In this document: positions 62,450 through 64,000 of the stretch, in pieces
How positions within the stretch are numbered: the first letter of the stretch is position 1
Layout: the number at the start of each line of letters is the position of its first letter
NCBI GenBank assembly: GCA_043228905.1
Contig: JBHGNT010000003.1
Coordinates: forward strand, 24,428,001-24,492,000
Reading direction: 5' to 3'
DNA from: Azolla caroliniana
Lineage: Eukaryota > Plantae > Polypodiophyta
Length of the DNA: 64,000 bases
Program-made: the position numbers and the translations under genes
Notes under the pieces: model-generated
The model's database searches: none
What the model saw: only the letters and a program-made list of their open reading frames with translations
What the model was told of the DNA's origin: nothing

Positions 62450-64000
62450 ATTTTATTTTATTTTTTATTTTTTATTTTTATTTTTCCAAAAAAAACTCCT
62501 TCCATTAGTTATAAATTTTTTAAAATGAGATGATTATGTACAAATCCCTGTAGGGACGTGATAGTTCCATCTTATGTGAATGCCCACTGACTCAAGAAAG
62601 GGAGAGGACGACCATTGTTGGGTGAAGGCTATTCATTGTCTTTCAACTCCATCGAAGTTGCCCTTGAGGCCATCATATTGGCTCTTTAGAGTGGCTACAA
62701 TTTCACTCCATATCTCTTGCAGTAACATTGTGGGATGCGCGGTTTGGTTGGAGAAGACCCGTCTACAACGTTGTTTCCATAGAATCCAAAGAGTTATTGG
62801 GCTAACCAATTCCAACACAACTTGAGATTTGTCATTAAGAGGAGTTAATTGGACATTGTTGATGGTGGAGAAAAAAACCTCTTGTGCTTTTATCACCAAA
62901 TTCATTCCCTCCTCCTGATGTTCGTATCTGCCAACTGGGGTCTGCCATGATAGCCAACATATATTTCCCCACTTGATTGAGCTTTGCACTTGGCATAATT
63001 GCAACAAGCAGCCAACCCCCCGCCATATTAGATGGGATGCTGGGCAGTCCCACAGAGCGTGTTGTATTGATTCTACTGCATTTGGACACTCTACACAATT
63101 AGGAGAGCTAAGGTTCCCACGTTGCCATGCTCCCACTGGTAGTGACTTATGTATTAATAGCCATTGGAATGTGGTAATTCGCCTCGTGTGTTGTTGTTTC
63201 CAGATTTTCGGCCAAAACTTGGTGATAATTGTGTGAGGAACTTGATATGTGTGCCAGACCTTTGCAATAGCCGGCTCTCTGGCAGTTTGAGGAACTAGGA
63301 TGTGGTGACCCAATCTAGTTGTGAATTGGAAGAAAGGGATGGGTTTGCTTCCTTGCTCCGTGTAAGGATCACGCCATGTCCATTGCAAAGGGTCCCAACT
63401 GACCTTACGTAGTCATGTGTTTTCATGAGTACATATGTGCCAATCGGGTTGTACTTTGATCGGATCAGGATCTACAATCCATTTATGACCAGTATACGTG
63501 AGTACTCAAATTGCGTTATTCTATGTTGGTGTCTTAGTGGCGCACAATTTAGAGCCTTCGATCCTGTTTGGTGATCCCCTACCTCTCGAGATCAAAGATC
63601 CCTCCTCCTCGCAGCCTATCCATTTCTCCATTGTCGTCCTATGAGTAGCTGCTTCCTTAATCAATAGAGTGTTATTGATTTCCAATCTCATAGTCCATCC
63701 GCCCCTGATGCCATGGAGTATGTTGGCTTGATCTTGTAGTGGCAGTGACATAAACCGTCTCCAACATTCGATACTTTTTCCCGGACCTTCTGCAATGTAT
63801 CCCCATGACAACCCCTTACTTGATCCAAGTAGTTGATTAGATTCATCCTTGATACATTGGTTCCATAGGATATGTTGACTGAGCCAAGCAGGTTCGAAAC
63901 TCGGTTGATCACACTTGAGCCCTCGTCTAATGTCACACCATGCCTTCCACATGGATGCACTTAATCTATCCTCCAATTGGTAGGAGAAACTAGGTTTGAG
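62450..64000 (-). mobile_element. LINE (L1-like) 3' portion with zf-RVT domain and A-rich tail
   Basis: FQWLLIHKSLPVGAW..CVEC..ESIQHALWDC..TLWILWKQRC; T-rich run at 62450-62485 on +. Confidence 0.88.

Overview
Eukaryotic, transposon-dense plant nuclear DNA. A fern or other non-seed vascular plant is inferred from the PLS-E PPR style, a Tcn1-like chromovirus and tRNA-Trp-primed gypsy elements. About 80% of the window is nested LTR retrotransposons, plus a hAT element and LINE remnants, and most boundaries resolve to the base by target-site duplication (TSD). A roughly 11.7 kb low-copy island (24.7-36.4 kb) holds two genes: an intronless PLS-E class PPR gene with one in-frame TGA, and an intact, intronless, secreted spherulin-4/GH135-like glycoside hydrolase of microbial type. 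The hydrolase is the best candidate for a horizontally acquired antifungal enzyme. A LINE split at 5723 resumes in frame at 59968, and the TE scaffolds at 1-24.7 kb and 49.3-58.7 kb are copies of each other. Together these imply a tandem segmental duplication that carried the gene island. Other signals: a gypsy lineage that inserts repeatedly at CCGG/CCGT with 4-bp TSDs, two different -1 frameshift cassettes, Tf1-style self-priming in a near-intact young chromovirus, and tRNA-like A/B boxes in LTR U3 regions. All calls come from reading the sequence by eye; no searches were run.
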